A DNA stretch of 64,000 nucleotides from an uncultured Dehalococcoidia bacterium (GCA_950072105.1 CATMOE010000004.1:69464-133463), one strand, 5' to 3'; numbered from the stretch's first letter, positions 38,543-49,620 are shown. Notes: a model not told the origin generated them from the letters alone. Made by a program: numbers and translations.

Positions 38543-40522
38543 TTAGTTGTTGTCCCCGGGAGCCGGTGCCGGTACCGCGACAGTGCCGCTATCAGAACTT
38601 TCAGCCCCATTGGAATCTAGCCCGTAGTTGATGGCGTACAGACGGGCGTACACTCCCTTCCGTTCGAGTAGCTCATCGTGGTTCCCAATCTCCGCCACAT
38701 TTCCATGGTCCAGGACAATAATCTTGTCGGCGTTCCGAATTGTGGAGAGGCGGTGGGCGATGACGATAGAGGTGCGCCCTTGGAGCACTCTCTGCAGGGC
38801 CCGCTGTATCAGCAACTCGGTATAGGTGTCGATGTTGGCGGTGGCCTCGTCCAGAATGATTATCTTTGGGTCCGCCACCACGGCCCTGGCAAAGCTTAGA
38901 AGCTGGCGTTGGCCTATGCTCAGGTTGCTGCCGCGTTCGGCCAGTGTGGAGTTGTAACCGCCCTCTAAGGCCATGATAAAGTCATGGGCGCCTACGGCTT
39001 GCGCGGCGGCTATCACGTCTTCGTCGCTGGCCTCAACGTGAAGGTAACGTATGTTTTCGTTGATAGTCCCAGAGAACAGGTAAGGCTCCTGCAGGACCAT
39101 GCTCATCTGATTGACCATCGTCCTACGTTGCACATGCCGGATGTCATGCCCGTCCACCTTGATCGCGCCCTGGGTAACGTCGGCGAACCGGTGGATGAGG
39201 GTAACCAGAGTGCTTTTACCCGCTCCAGTGGACCCTACCAGAGCGACATTCTCGCCCGGCTGAATGTGAAGGTTGATGTCTTGTAGCACGTCGACGCCCG
39301 GGACATAGTGGAAGCTGACGTTCTCGAACTCTATCTCGCCCGTGATCGGAGGCATCACAATAGCGTCAGGATCGTCGTTAACTTCCGGTTGCAGGTCGAT
39401 TACCTCAAATATCCTCACACCGGCGGCCATGCCTCTTTGCAACTGGGTGTATTGCATGGTCAGGTGCCTTATGGGTTCAAAGAACCGTTGAATCCACATG
39501 GGGAACGCCAGCAACACACCCCATGATGGGTCGCCCGTCCCCAGGACAGCGGATCCGCCCATGACGATCACTACGCCGAAGGCAATACCGATGAGAGACT
39601 CCACGATGGGCTGTAGGCCGCCGGAAAAGCGGCTAGCCTGCATGTTGGCGTCCAAGTGCTCGTAGTTCAGGTCTTGGAAATGTTCCAGGTTCTCGTCTTG
39701 GCGGTTCAGGCTTTCCACTACCCGCACGCCGGTGATGTTCTGGTTGTATTCGCCGTTCACCATGGCGATCGCACGGCGGATGCGAGTGAAGGATCGCCGG
39801 GCGAAACGTTGCCAGTAGGCCAAGATAAAGAAAAGTACCGGGACTACACTCAGGCAGACCAGGGACAAACGCCAGTCGGCCAGCCCGAGGAGCGGCAATA
39901 TGACCAACATGATGAGCATGATGCCGACCAGGCTTAGCATATCCGCTACGCTGGTCACCATCAATTCGAAGGTCTCGGTGAGTTGCAACACGTCACTTTG
40001 GCTGCGGGACATTATCCTGCCGACCGGTGTCCTGTGGAAGAACGATGGGGAAAGGTCTTGCAGGTGGCTGAACATCTGGGTCCGTAACTGGTACAGAATG
40101 CTCTGGCTTAACTTAGGCATGAAGACGGACTGGATGTACATGGCGGTAAAGTACGATAAAGACATTGCCAGAAAGACCAAGGCCACTAGGTGGAGGCGCC
40201 AAGATTCAAAGGGAAGCCAGGCCGGAGGAGTGGAATCATACCCCTGGTTGATGCCCCACTGAATCCCCAACAACATAAATAAGGGTATCGTTACGTTGCC
40301 CACCGTGTAAGTAACGATAGCGCCGATAGTTATCAGCACATCCTTTTGGTGGGATTTAAGGTAGGTGGCGAGGCGCATAACCACTTTGTTGTCGTAAGCG
40401 CTGCCTTGGACCCCTTCGTCGGTCAGGTTGTCCAAGTTTGGAGAGTTCATGCCGCCTGACTGAAGGCCGCGCATGCCGCCCATCATTCCGCCGAAGCCAC
40501 CGCCCCCGCCTTGTGAATGCAT
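38543..40522 (-). CDS. ABC exporter half (TMD+NBD), consensus Walker B
   Basis: GSTGAGKST, LSIGQRQ, IILDEATAN, IAHRLSTI. Confidence 0.92.
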   Translation of the reverse strand: MHSQGGGGGFGGMMGGMRGLQSGGMNSPNLDNLTDEGVQGSAYDNKVVMRLATYLKSHQKDVLITIGAIVTYTVGNVTIPLFMLLGIQWGINQGYDSTPPAWLPFESWRLHLVALVFLAMSLSYFTAMYIQSVFMPKLSQSILYQLRTQMFSHLQDLSPSFFHRTPVGRIMSRSQSDVLQLTETFELMVTSVADMLSLVGIMLIMLVILPLLGLADWRLSLVCLSVVPVLFFILAYWQRFARRSFTRIRRAIAMVNGEYNQNITGVRVVESLNRQDENLEHFQDLNYEHLDANMQASRFSGGLQPIVESLIGIAFGVVIVMGGSAVLGTGDPSWGVLLAFPMWIQRFFEPIRHLTMQYTQLQRGMAAGVRIFEVIDLQPEVNDDPDAIVMPPITGEIEFENVSFHYVPGVDVLQDINLHIQPGENVALVGSTGAGKSTLVTLIHRFADVTQGAIKVDGHDIRHVQRRTMVNQMSMVLQEPYLFSGTINENIRYLHVEASDEDVIAAAQAVGAHDFIMALEGGYNSTLAERGSNLSIGQRQLLSFARAVVADPKIIILDEATANIDTYTELLIQRALQRVLQGRTSIVIAHRLSTIRNADKIIVLDHGNVAEIGNHDELLERKGVYARLYAINYGLDSNGAESSDSGTVAVPAPAPGDNN

Positions 40523-42328
40523 CTAGCTGTCTCCTCCGTCGTCCCCGGAAATGGCCGCATCCAGCAAAACCTCTTCTTGGGGACGCAACTGGAGATCGTA
40601 AATCTCCCGGTATGTGCCGCCAACCGCCATCAGTTCGGCGTGGCTGCCTTGCTCGGCGATCTCGCCGTCTTTCAACACTATTATGTGGTCGGCTTCTCTT
40701 ACCGAACTGAGACGGTGGGCGATGATGAATGTCGTTCGGCCTTTCATCACATCGGTCATGGCCTGATGAATCATCCTCTCCGTTTCCACGTCCACACTGG
40801 AAGTGGAGTCGTCTAGAATCAGGACCGGTGGATCGATGAGCACCGTTCTGGCGATAGACAGACGCTGTCTCTGACCGCCGGAAAGCGTGGCGCCCCGCTC
40901 ACCCACCCATGTATCGTAACCGTGGGGCAGGGACATTATGTGGTCGTGGAGTTGAGCCACCTTGGCGGCTTCAATCACGTCTTCTTTCGTAGCCCCAGAA
41001 GCGCCGTAGGCGATGTTGTCTTGAATAGTGGCACTGAACAAAAATATGTCTTGCTGGACTATACCCACGTTACGGCGCAATGACGCCAGCGTGAAGTCAC
41101 GGATATCCTGGTTATCTATACTGACCCGCCCCTGGGTTACTTCGTAGAACCGTGGCAGCAGGTTGATGATCGTGGTCTTGCCGCTGCCGGGTGCTCCCAA
41201 GATAGCGGTGATGCTCCCCGGGGCTGCGGAAACATCGATGTTCTTCAACGCCGGGATCCGCGGGTCGTAGGAGAACGACACATCTTCAAATCGGACGAAT
41301 CCCTCGGACCGCTCCATCTCTTTGGCATCCGGTTTCTCCACCACCGGAGATTGGGCGTCCAGGACTTCGAAGAGGCGCTTTCCGGAAGAGATGGCCCGGG
41401 AGAAGCTGCCGATGATCTGCGGCGTCATGCGTATCGGGAAGGTCAACTGGTTCATCAGCAGAAGGAAGGCGGCAAACCCGCCAGGGTCAAGGTCTCCCTT
41501 CATGAGTTCCAATCCGCCGAACCAAAGTACTATCCCCAGCGCCAGAGTAAAATACAGGGTTAGCCAGGCCGTGGTCGATTGCTGCAGCCGTTCGTTTCCG
41601 TAGTATTCCCGCTGGAGCTCCGCGGCCTTAACGGCGTATTTGTTCTTTTCGTACTCTTCCGATGCGAAGGCCTTGACGACGTGGATACCGGAAAGGTTCT
41701 CCTGAAGGATGGTTACCAACTCCCCCATCACTTCCTGGACGTGCAGCCACATGGCCCTCAACCTAACGACCACGAAGGAAGATTTAACCACCAAGAATGG
41801 GAGGAATACCAAGCTGAGGAGGGTGAGTTGCCAGTTGACGGTTGACATCAATGCCACGATCGCGATCACCCGGAGCGGGACTTCCAGGCCCCGGACCATG
41901 CCCATGTTCACGTAGCGCCGGATCGCCTCTACGTCGGAAGTAACCTTGGACATGAGATTGCCCGTGTGCTCTTTGTCATGGTAAGCGAAGCTGAGGTGCT
42001 GCAGCTTGTCGTACATGTCGTTGCGCACATCGTAGGCAACTTTTTGGGACAGGGAGTCGGTGCAGTACGTTCGGGCAAAGTCGATGAATCCCCGGATGAC
42101 GCTGGCTGCCAGCAGAATGAGGCCCAGAACCACCAGGGCACTGAATTTCGTGTCCTCCACGGTGCGTATCACACCGTCCTCAAACACGACTAGCATATTG
42201 ATGGCTTCGCGGAATGTTAGGGGGATGACTAGGGACAGACCTACCGCAATCACGATGGTCAGGTATCCGATGAGGAGACGAACACGATGGCGCCAAGCCA
42301 TCAAGTTGATTCGGTGTAATATTTGCAT
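40523..42328 (-). CDS. ABC exporter half (TMD+NBD), degenerate Walker B
   Basis: GAPGSGKTT, LSGGQRQR, LILDDSTSS. With the neighbour this forms a heterodimeric TM287/288-type exporter. Confidence 0.92.
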   Translation of the reverse strand: MQILHRINLMAWRHRVRLLIGYLTIVIAVGLSLVIPLTFREAINMLVVFEDGVIRTVEDTKFSALVVLGLILLAASVIRGFIDFARTYCTDSLSQKVAYDVRNDMYDKLQHLSFAYHDKEHTGNLMSKVTSDVEAIRRYVNMGMVRGLEVPLRVIAIVALMSTVNWQLTLLSLVFLPFLVVKSSFVVVRLRAMWLHVQEVMGELVTILQENLSGIHVVKAFASEEYEKNKYAVKAAELQREYYGNERLQQSTTAWLTLYFTLALGIVLWFGGLELMKGDLDPGGFAAFLLLMNQLTFPIRMTPQIIGSFSRAISSGKRLFEVLDAQSPVVEKPDAKEMERSEGFVRFEDVSFSYDPRIPALKNIDVSAAPGSITAILGAPGSGKTTIINLLPRFYEVTQGRVSIDNQDIRDFTLASLRRNVGIVQQDIFLFSATIQDNIAYGASGATKEDVIEAAKVAQLHDHIMSLPHGYDTWVGERGATLSGGQRQRLSIARTVLIDPPVLILDDSTSSVDVETERMIHQAMTDVMKGRTTFIIAHRLSSVREADHIIVLKDGEIAEQGSHAELMAVGGTYREIYDLQLRPQEEVLLDAAISGDDGGDS

Positions 42329-42620
42329 CTAGGCGAGTACGCCTCGAACTCCTGACGCCAACCAAGCGGGATAACCACTGATAATCTGACTGTTTGCGGC
42401 CCGCCCGGCGGCCATGTTTGTACCGGAGCAGTCAAGTGAGGTGAGGGGAACCCTCTACCACTGGGTTGAAGAGGCGCCCGCAGAGGCGGTGCGCCAGAAC
42501 AGCAGACTGTTACGGTTCGACCGACAAGTCGTATTATAGACCCAAATCCTGGCCATTTCAAGCCAATAATAATCACCGGGAGTTGTTGTACGGACGGAAT
42601 CTTTCAAATCTGGGACAGAT

Positions 42621-43910
42621 TCACCGTTGGGGATTTCCCCGGTTGTCCTGTAATGTAAGGCTTGCCACAATGCCCGATAAGATCGTCAACGCGCCTACCG
42701 AGAATATGGCTGCCCGTAGCCCGAACAGGTCTGCGATTCCCCCGGCCGAAAGGGCCGCGGCAACGAATCCGGCATCCCGCCAGAAGCGGTACACTCCCAA
42801 TGAGGTGGCTCGCTCCCGGGCAGGCACCGCGTCTCCGATGGCGGCTAGTAGCGTCGGATAAACCATGGCGGTACCTGGCCCCAAGAGGACCATCGCGACG
42901 GCCCAAGGGCCGAAGGACGTAACGAGACCAACCATGCAGATGGCGCCGCCCTGCAGCAACATACCGGTGACGATCAACGGGGTGCGTCCCAACACGTCGC
43001 TGATCCATCCGCTGCCGATCTGCAGCGACCCCCAGACCATCGGATAGATCGCCACCAAGATTCCGATACGGTCCAGGTCCAGTCCGTGGCTGGCGAATAA
43101 AAGCGGGAAGATTCCCCAGGCTAAGCCATCGTTGAGGTTCTTTACGAATCCGGCCTGAGTAATGCCGAACAGGTCCCGTCTGCGCCAGGTGGTATCGGCA
43201 AAGCTACGCCTAAGCGACACGGGATTCGAAACAGCATTGGGGTCCAACGCCGATTGCCGCGCCGTTTCCAAGGCAAGGTAAGGCGCGGTGTCGCGAACCA
43301 GAAATACGCTGAGGGCCAGCCCGATGGCGGCGATCCCAATGCCCAGATAGAATGGCTCAGGCCGCAGACCGTAAGACTGGGCAATGACCCCGGTTAGAAA
43401 CGCCGCGGCGGCCAATGCCACGTATCCGGCCGTTTCGTTGAAGCCCAAAGCCAGGCCGCGCCATCTAGGGCCAACCAGGTCCATCTTCATATTCACCGTC
43501 ATCGACCAAGTCAACCCTTGGTTGATGCCCAGCAGGACGTTGGCCCCGATCACCCAACCCCAGTCCGGCGTCCAGATCAAGATCAAAGGTACGGGCAATC
43601 CGAACAGCCACCCAACGATCAGTATTCGGCGCCGGGTCACTCTCTGGGCAAGATGCCCGGCGAATAGGTTGGACAGGGCCTTGGAGATGCCGAAAGTGGC
43701 GATGAAGGAGATGGCCGCCGTCCTGGACGTTATGCCGAATTCGGCTTCGGCCAGCACCGGAAGGATGGTGCGTTCAAGGCCGATCATGCCGCCGACGAAC
43801 AGGTTGAGGGCGACCAGCAAGGAAAATTGGCGCCAGTTTTCCACCAGCCCCAGGCGCAGCTCGCGGTCAACCGATTTCCGGCCCAGAAATAGATCGAACA
43901 AACGCATCAA
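42621..43910 (-). CDS. MFS transporter
   Basis: About 12 TM segments; GWISDVLGR motif A-like; YRFWRDAG. Confidence 0.9.
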   Translation of the reverse strand: MMRLFDLFLGRKSVDRELRLGLVENWRQFSLLVALNLFVGGMIGLERTILPVLAEAEFGITSRTAAISFIATFGISKALSNLFAGHLAQRVTRRRILIVGWLFGLPVPLILIWTPDWGWVIGANVLLGINQGLTWSMTVNMKMDLVGPRWRGLALGFNETAGYVALAAAAFLTGVIAQSYGLRPEPFYLGIGIAAIGLALSVFLVRDTAPYLALETARQSALDPNAVSNPVSLRRSFADTTWRRRDLFGITQAGFVKNLNDGLAWGIFPLLFASHGLDLDRIGILVAIYPMVWGSLQIGSGWISDVLGRTPLIVTGMLLQGGAICMVGLVTSFGPWAVAMVLLGPGTAMVYPTLLAAIGDAVPARERATSLGVYRFWRDAGFVAAALSAGGIADLFGLRAAIFSVGALTILSGIVASLTLQDNRGNPQR

Positions 43911-44001
43911 GGTCCAGATAACTGCAATAGGGTGTTAACTGGGAAGGCGATCAAGTTGGTCGAGGTAGGTGGCGCGGTCGAGTAAGTAGAGGACGGCCCG
44001 C

Positions 44002-45681
44002 TTACATCCGTTCCGGCGCGCTCATTCCCATCAACGCTAGCGAGCGGCGGAATACTATCTGGGCTGATTCTACCAGTTTCAGCCGGGCCAGATTAAGTTG
44101 GGCATCTTCCTCATGGGATGATATGACTCGGCAATTCTCGTAAAACCAGTGGAAGGCGGTGGCCAGTTCCATGGTGTAGTGGGGCAACTGATGGGGCTCC
44201 AAGGCCCTGGCCATCTGCTCCACCAACTCGGGCAACCTTATCATTGTTCGGATGAGACTCAGTTCGCTGGGGTGGGTTAACAGACCCACGTCGCCGGCGC
44301 TCCAGTCGATGTTCTGTCCGTGTGCCGCATTCAGGATACCGGCGATTCTGGCGTGGGCGTACTGGACATAATAAACAGGATTCTCCGAGGATTCCTGCTT
44401 AGCCAACTCCAGATCGAACTCCATCTGGGTGGAGGGCGTCCTGGCCAAGAAGAAGTAGCGGCAGGCATCTGCGCCAACCTCTTCGGTCAACTCCTGCAGG
44501 GTCACAAAGTTGCCAGTCCGCTTAGACGCGCGAACGACTTCGGTTCCGCGCTTCAATGTAACCATCTGTGATATCAAGATCGTCAGCCGCTCGGGAGGGA
44601 TGCCCAAGGCGGCGACGGCCGACTTCATCCGTGGGACGTGACCCTGGTGGTCGGCTCCCCAGATATTGACTACCGAATCGAATCCGCGAACTATGAATTT
44701 GTTGTAATGGTAGGCGATGTCAGAGGCAAAGTAGGTAGGCTCGCCGGTGGCCCGTATCACTACGTTGTCCTTATCGTCGCCCAATTTAGTAGAGTTGAAC
44801 CAGACGGCGTTGTCCCGCTCCGACAGGTACTCTTTGTCCCGCAATACCTGCAGCGCCCGGTCGTAATCCCCCTGGTCGAACAGGGTGCGTTCGCTGAACC
44901 AGGTATCGAAATTCACTCCGATCTGAGACAAGTCGTTCCGGATCAGAGCGATCATCTTTTCCCGGGCAATGTCGCCCATTTCCCGAAGAGCCTGCGGCTG
45001 TTCCATTCCGATGAATCGGGTTCCTTCGGTTTCGGCGATCTCCTCGGCTAGGTCGCCGATATAATCGGCGGCATAACCGTTGGGGGGCAATTCGGCCTCT
45101 TGTCCTAGAGACTGCAGATAGCGAGCGTACACCGAACCGTAGAAAGCCTCCATCTGAGTACCGGTGTCATTGATGTAGTATTCCTGGGTAACCTGATAGC
45201 CGGCGGCTGACAGTACGTTGGCTAGAGAACTGCCCAGGACTGCTCCGCGAGCATGGCCTACGTGCACCGGTCCGGTGGGGTTGACGCTGACATATTCCAC
45301 CATCATCTGCTGCCCTTGGCCCAGGTCCACGTTTCCGTATTCGTTCCCCATCCGGCGCACTTCTTCTACCTGCCCTCGGACCCATCGGTCACTGAGATGG
45401 AAGTTAATAAAGCCGGGAGGCGCGGCCTCCACCCGGTCGATCTCGTCGCAAGCAGGGATATATTTGATCAGCGATTCGGCAAGCTCCAAGGGATTGATGC
45501 GGGTAGCCCGGGCCAACCGGAGAGGCAGGCTGGTGGCGAAATCGCCGTTCTCGGCCTTTGCTGGTCGCTCTACTTGAATCTCAGGCGTAGTTTCCAGTTG
45601 CAACAAGCCTTCTCGCTGGGCCTGTTGTACGGCTTGGGAAACCAACTCTCGGACGATGTGCAAGACCGGTGGGGTTGCCAT
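44002..45681 (-). CDS. argS: Arginine--tRNA ligase
   Basis: EYVSVNPTGPVHVGHARG, EYYIND, TYFASDIAYH, WGADHQG, ENPVYYVQYAHAR, C-terminal APERM. Confidence 0.96.
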   Translation of the reverse strand: MATPPVLHIVRELVSQAVQQAQREGLLQLETTPEIQVERPAKAENGDFATSLPLRLARATRINPLELAESLIKYIPACDEIDRVEAAPPGFINFHLSDRWVRGQVEEVRRMGNEYGNVDLGQGQQMMVEYVSVNPTGPVHVGHARGAVLGSSLANVLSAAGYQVTQEYYINDTGTQMEAFYGSVYARYLQSLGQEAELPPNGYAADYIGDLAEEIAETEGTRFIGMEQPQALREMGDIAREKMIALIRNDLSQIGVNFDTWFSERTLFDQGDYDRALQVLRDKEYLSERDNAVWFNSTKLGDDKDNVVIRATGEPTYFASDIAYHYNKFIVRGFDSVVNIWGADHQGHVPRMKSAVAALGIPPERLTILISQMVTLKRGTEVVRASKRTGNFVTLQELTEEVGADACRYFFLARTPSTQMEFDLELAKQESSENPVYYVQYAHARIAGILNAAHGQNIDWSAGDVGLLTHPSELSLIRTMIRLPELVEQMARALEPHQLPHYTMELATAFHWFYENCRVISSHEEDAQLNLARLKLVESAQIVFRRSLALMGMSAPERM

Positions 45682-45918
45682 GTGGAGAAACCTATCTTGA
45701 GTTCCGAATCTGATGCCGAAATGACCGATAAAAGCCTTAAGGGCGATCAAAATTCCAGAGAACATGCTTATTTTCCTAACTTTCATCCTATCACATCAAG
45801 CCGCGGTGATTCCCTCGATTCGGCGTATGAAATTAGTGGGTCTGCCGGACTGGTACAATGACCTGAGTTTCGGCTTGGATTTTCTTCCGAAACATCATTC
45901 AGCCGGGGGGGAGCTAGG

Positions 45919-46605
45919 ATGGCAGGTGATATTGGTCTCGTTGGCGGAGAAGAGTTCCGCGTAGGTTGCGAGGACATGGACCGGGAGATAATGAGGGTGT
46001 CCGGGCAACAGCCGTCCCGAGTGCTGGTGCTGCCCACGGCGGCGGTGACCGGCCCGGCAAAAGCGGCCAACGACGGCGTCACCCATTTCGGCGGTCTGGG
46101 GGGCGACGCCCACCAATTGATGGTGTTGGACCGGACGCAGGCCGAGGACCCAGAATTTAGCCACGCGGTCGACGGGGCCGGTGTGGTCTATTTCACCGGG
46201 GGCAACCCCGACCATCTTTTGTCCGCGTTACGGAATTCTCCGCTCCTGACGGCGATCTTGAACGCGGTGGAGCAAGGCACAGTTCTGGCCGGCTCCAGCG
46301 CCGGAGCCATGGTGTTCGGGTCTTACATGCGCCGTCCCAGCGCGGGCGGTTGGATAGAAGCTCTTGGTATCGTCCCTGGAGTTGCCGTCATGCCCCACCA
46401 TGAAAACAGAGACCCCGCCGAGACTTCACGAGACTTGCAGGCCCAAGCCCCCTCCGGTTTGACGGTACTTGGGGTAGATGCCCGCACCGGTTGTCTGGGC
46501 AAGCCGGGAAACTGGAGAGTGGTGGGGTCCGGCAAAGTTACCGTATACCGGGGCGCCGAATGGACGGTCTACCAGTCAGGGGATACCCTGCCGGGAGACG
46601 TTTAA
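45919..46605 (+). CDS. Peptidase S51 / cyanophycinase-like protein
   Basis: LVGGEEF, LPTAA, YFTGGNP, AGSSAGAM, VMPHH. Confidence 0.82.
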   Translation: MAGDIGLVGGEEFRVGCEDMDREIMRVSGQQPSRVLVLPTAAVTGPAKAANDGVTHFGGLGGDAHQLMVLDRTQAEDPEFSHAVDGAGVVYFTGGNPDHLLSALRNSPLLTAILNAVEQGTVLAGSSAGAMVFGSYMRRPSAGGWIEALGIVPGVAVMPHHENRDPAETSRDLQAQAPSGLTVLGVDARTGCLGKPGNWRVVGSGKVTVYRGAEWTVYQSGDTLPGDV

Positions 46606-47222
46606 CCTCTCCGATTCCGCAGCTCCTCCCATACCTGGTTGGGCGTGACGCCGGACGCCGCCAAAAGCACCAGGGTGTGGTACAGGAGGTCGGCCACCTC
46701 TTTGGGCAGGTCCTCTTTGTTGTCTTGGACCGCCGCGATGGCGGTTTCTCCCGCTTCTTCAATCACCTTTTGCGCGATGCGGCCCATTCCTTCTTGGAGC
46801 AGTTTTGCGGTATAGCTGCCTTCCGGGGGGTCCCGCTGCCGGTCTTGGATCACCGCGAAGAGTTCGCTCAAGATTCCCGGACCGGTCTCCGTAACTTCGT
46901 ATTCCTCGGGCAGTTGTTCCATGGGCGTGTAGAAGCATGAGGTTTCCCCGGTATGGCAGGCGGGTCCGTCGGGCTTGACCTTCAGTAGAAGGGTGTCCCC
47001 GTCGCAGTCCAGCCAGGCCTCTGTCAGGTTCAGGTAGTTGCCTGAAATCTCCCCTTTGTGCCAAAGGTCTTCCCGGCTCCGGCTGTAAAACCAAACCTGT
47101 ACTCCCTCCATCGTTCGTTTCAACGAACCTGGATTCATGTATCCCAGCATCAGTACTTGGCCGGTGTCGGCGTCTTGGGCGATCGCGGGGACCAGACCTT
47201 GCTCGTTGAGTTTTACCTTCAT
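46602..47222 (-). CDS. hisIE: Bifunctional phosphoribosyl-AMP cyclohydrolase / phosphoribosyl-ATP diphosphatase
   Basis: SRSR..LWHKGE.SG, DCDGD, ACHTG..SCF, KVIEEAGE, EVADLLYH. Confidence 0.95.
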   Translation of the reverse strand: MKVKLNEQGLVPAIAQDADTGQVLMLGYMNPGSLKRTMEGVQVWFYSRSREDLWHKGEISGNYLNLTEAWLDCDGDTLLLKVKPDGPACHTGETSCFYTPMEQLPEEYEVTETGPGILSELFAVIQDRQRDPPEGSYTAKLLQEGMGRIAQKVIEEAGETAIAAVQDNKEDLPKEVADLLYHTLVLLAASGVTPNQVWEELRNRRG

Positions 47223-47263
47223 AACTTATCCTTACTGATTCGGTTATCAGACAATGTCGTGGC

Positions 47264-47965
47264 TCATTCGCCTGTGGACAATATATCGGGAAGCTCCAGC
47301 AGACTTTTTATCTGATGATTAGGTGTGAGTAACTCGGGGTCGACAGCTACCCCGGTCCGGTTGATCCAAACCGTGGTCATGCCGACCGTGCCGGCTCCAA
47401 GTACGTCTTCGAATTGGCGGTCGCCAACGTATGCCGCTTCGCTGGCCGGCACGTTCAACCGGCGCAGCATTTCCCTAAATAGTCCCTGATCGGGTTTGTA
47501 AGCGCGGCCTCCTTCCGAAGACAAGACCTCGGCAAAATCCAAGCCCAGTGCGGCCACGTTGGGCAACAGATAGCCGTCATCGGCATTGGAGAGGACCGCC
47601 ATGCGCCAGTCGCCCTGAATGGCTTTTAAGGCTTCAACGGTTTCTTCATAAGGTGCCCGGAGTGACATGTCCAGGATGGATCTGTGGGAGGCTGCTTCGG
47701 GGTCTCCATCCAGTCCAAATACGCGGAATGCTTTTACGAAGCAATCGCGCCAGCCCTCAAAATAACTCTCAAAGGGCGAATCGGGCTCCAGTCGCCGGTT
47801 TCGAAAGTTTACCTCCGCCACCTTCCACTCCCGCCACAGGTCCCCGGTCGAAACAGGGAGTTGTTGGGAGTCAATGATCTCTTGGAAAGTGGCCTGCCAG
47901 AGATGGGGGCCGTTCTCCACCAGGGTTTCGTACATGTCGAAGATGACAGTGGTTATCTGGCTCAT
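47264..47965 (-). CDS. HAD family hydrolase
   Basis: IFDMYETL, LSNAD, YKPD, YVGD...DVLGA. Confidence 0.87.
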   Translation of the reverse strand: MSQITTVIFDMYETLVENGPHLWQATFQEIIDSQQLPVSTGDLWREWKVAEVNFRNRRLEPDSPFESYFEGWRDCFVKAFRVFGLDGDPEAASHRSILDMSLRAPYEETVEALKAIQGDWRMAVLSNADDGYLLPNVAALGLDFAEVLSSEGGRAYKPDQGLFREMLRRLNVPASEAAYVGDRQFEDVLGAGTVGMTTVWINRTGVAVDPELLTPNHQIKSLLELPDILSTGE

Positions 47966-48039
47966 TGGTTTGTCATGTGCTCACCGTGATACGCCGGTAT
48001 TGAGTTAGCAGGAAATCTCGGTGCTTCCAGGAACTGGAA

Positions 48040-48867
48040 CTAGGATATCGGGTATTGCTGAGGGCGCATCGGCACGCCCTGGGCCGCCAGATACTCTTTC
48101 GCTTGAGCGATGGAATAGGTTCCGAAATGGAAGATGCTGGCGGCAAGAACGGCATCGGCTTTGCCCTGAGTGAATGCCTGGTACAAGTGGTCCAGGTTGC
48201 CCGCCCCGCCGCTGGCGATCACCGGTACCGGCACCGCCTCGGAGATAGCCTTGGTTAATTCCAAATCATACCCGGCCAGGTGGCCGTCGGCATCCATGCT
48301 GGTTAGCAAAAACTCCCCGGCGCCCAACTCTACCGCCCGTAGCGCCCACTTAACCGCGTCGATTCCCGTGGTTTCTCTTCCGCCATGAGTGTAGACCTCC
48401 CACCGGGATTCCGGGTCTAAAGAGAGGCCGTCTTGCCGGGTATCCCCGGTTTCGCCAGAATTGGAAACCCTCTTGGCGTCGATGGCCACCACTATGCATT
48501 GATTGCCGAATTGGGCCGCCCCTTCTTTAACCAGGTCTGGATTGTTGACGGCGGCCGTATTGACCGAAACTTTGTCGGCCCCGGCGTTGAGCATCCGGCG
48601 CATGTCGTCTACGCTGCGGATGCCGCCTCCCACGGTCAGAGGTATGAAGACCTGTTCGGAAACCCGGCCCACCACGTCGACCATGGTGTCTCTAGAGTCG
48701 GAGCTGGCGGTAATGTCCAAGAAGACCAGTTCGTCGGCGCCTTCTTGGTCGTAGTAAGAGGCCAACTCGGCGGGGTCGCCGGCGTCCCGCAAGTTTACGA
48801 AACTGATGCCTTTGACTACCCGGCCCGCGTCCACGTCCAAACAGGGGATGATACGCTTGGTGAGCAC
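48040..48867 (-). CDS. hisF: Imidazole glycerol phosphate synthase cyclase subunit
   Basis: [47 protein letters not shown]. Confidence 0.97.
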   Translation of the reverse strand: MLTKRIIPCLDVDAGRVVKGISFVNLRDAGDPAELASYYDQEGADELVFLDITASSDSRDTMVDVVGRVSEQVFIPLTVGGGIRSVDDMRRMLNAGADKVSVNTAAVNNPDLVKEGAAQFGNQCIVVAIDAKRVSNSGETGDTRQDGLSLDPESRWEVYTHGGRETTGIDAVKWALRAVELGAGEFLLTSMDADGHLAGYDLELTKAISEAVPVPVIASGGAGNLDHLYQAFTQGKADAVLAASIFHFGTYSIAQAKEYLAAQGVPMRPQQYPIS

Positions 48868-48894
48868 GTCGCGACTGCTCTCCTACTGGGGTTG

Positions 48895-48956
48895 CCCTCA
48901 CCCGGGCTCCTTCGGAGCCATCCCTCTCCCTCAGGGAAAGGGGCCGGGGGTAAGGG
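48895..48956. repeat. REP-like palindrome (ccctcaccc...ccctctccc...ggg..agggg type)
   Basis: ccctcacccgggctccttcggagccatccctctccctcagggaaaggggccgggggtaaggg, with an inner ggctcc-ttc-ggagcc hairpin. Confidence 0.55.
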
Positions 48957-49150
48957 TTCTACTTCGCAAGAAGTATAGCATCCGGCCTTCTTTGAACTAA
49001 ACTCGGGACCTGTTACGCGTTTACGCTGTTGGCAAACCCAATCGGGGACGGTAGAATGAGCCGTCGAGAGTTGGGACGGCTACTCATGGAGACGTCAAGC
49101 GCGTCCGGTGTACTCGTGGAGATTCAAATAAGGAATCAGGGAGGAAACTT

Positions 49151-49546
49151 ATGGCGATCACTCTGGATGAAGCTGTCAAGATTATTGAAGGGACCATCGC
49201 TAAGGCGGAGGAATTCAGCATCAAAGTAAACGTGGCGGTATGCGATGCCGGCGGGCGCCTCATCGCATTTGCGCGCATGGACGGCGCCATATGGGCCGGG
49301 GTATACGGCTCCCAAGGCAAGGCAGTTGCTTCCGCCGCCTTCGGCCGGAATAGCGGTGAGCTGGCTGAGCGGGCCGCCCTGCCCACTCCGGCAGGAATCG
49401 CCGCCGCCGAGGGCGGACATATGATTATGGGACAGGGAGCGGTGCCCATATTCCGCAACGGGGCATTGGAAGGCGCCTGCGGAGTTGGTGGAGGCACTTC
49501 CCAACAGGACGAAGACTGCGCCGCCGCCGGCGTCGCCAAGCTGTGA
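49151..49546 (+). CDS. GlcG/HbpS family heme-binding protein
   Basis: VAVCDAGG.LIAFARMDGA, KAVASA, GAVPI...GACGVGGG.SQQDEDCA. Confidence 0.9.
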   Translation: MAITLDEAVKIIEGTIAKAEEFSIKVNVAVCDAGGRLIAFARMDGAIWAGVYGSQGKAVASAAFGRNSGELAERAALPTPAGIAAAEGGHMIMGQGAVPIFRNGALEGACGVGGGTSQQDEDCAAAGVAKL

Positions 49547-49550
49547 GATA

Positions 49551-49620
49551 GCAATCAGCTTTCAGCCGTCAGGGGATCGTCCGGTGGACTTGGCTCCTGA
49601 TAGCTGAACGCTGAACGCTC
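49551..49620. repeat. Heptameric inverted tandem repeat element, copy 2
   Basis: tcagctttcagccgtcagg...cctgatagctgaacgctgaacgc. Confidence 0.6.

Noticed and set aside
38543..42328. Degenerate Walker B/signature motifs as ABC pseudogenes
   Set aside because: The reciprocal asymmetry is the normal pattern for heterodimeric exporters.
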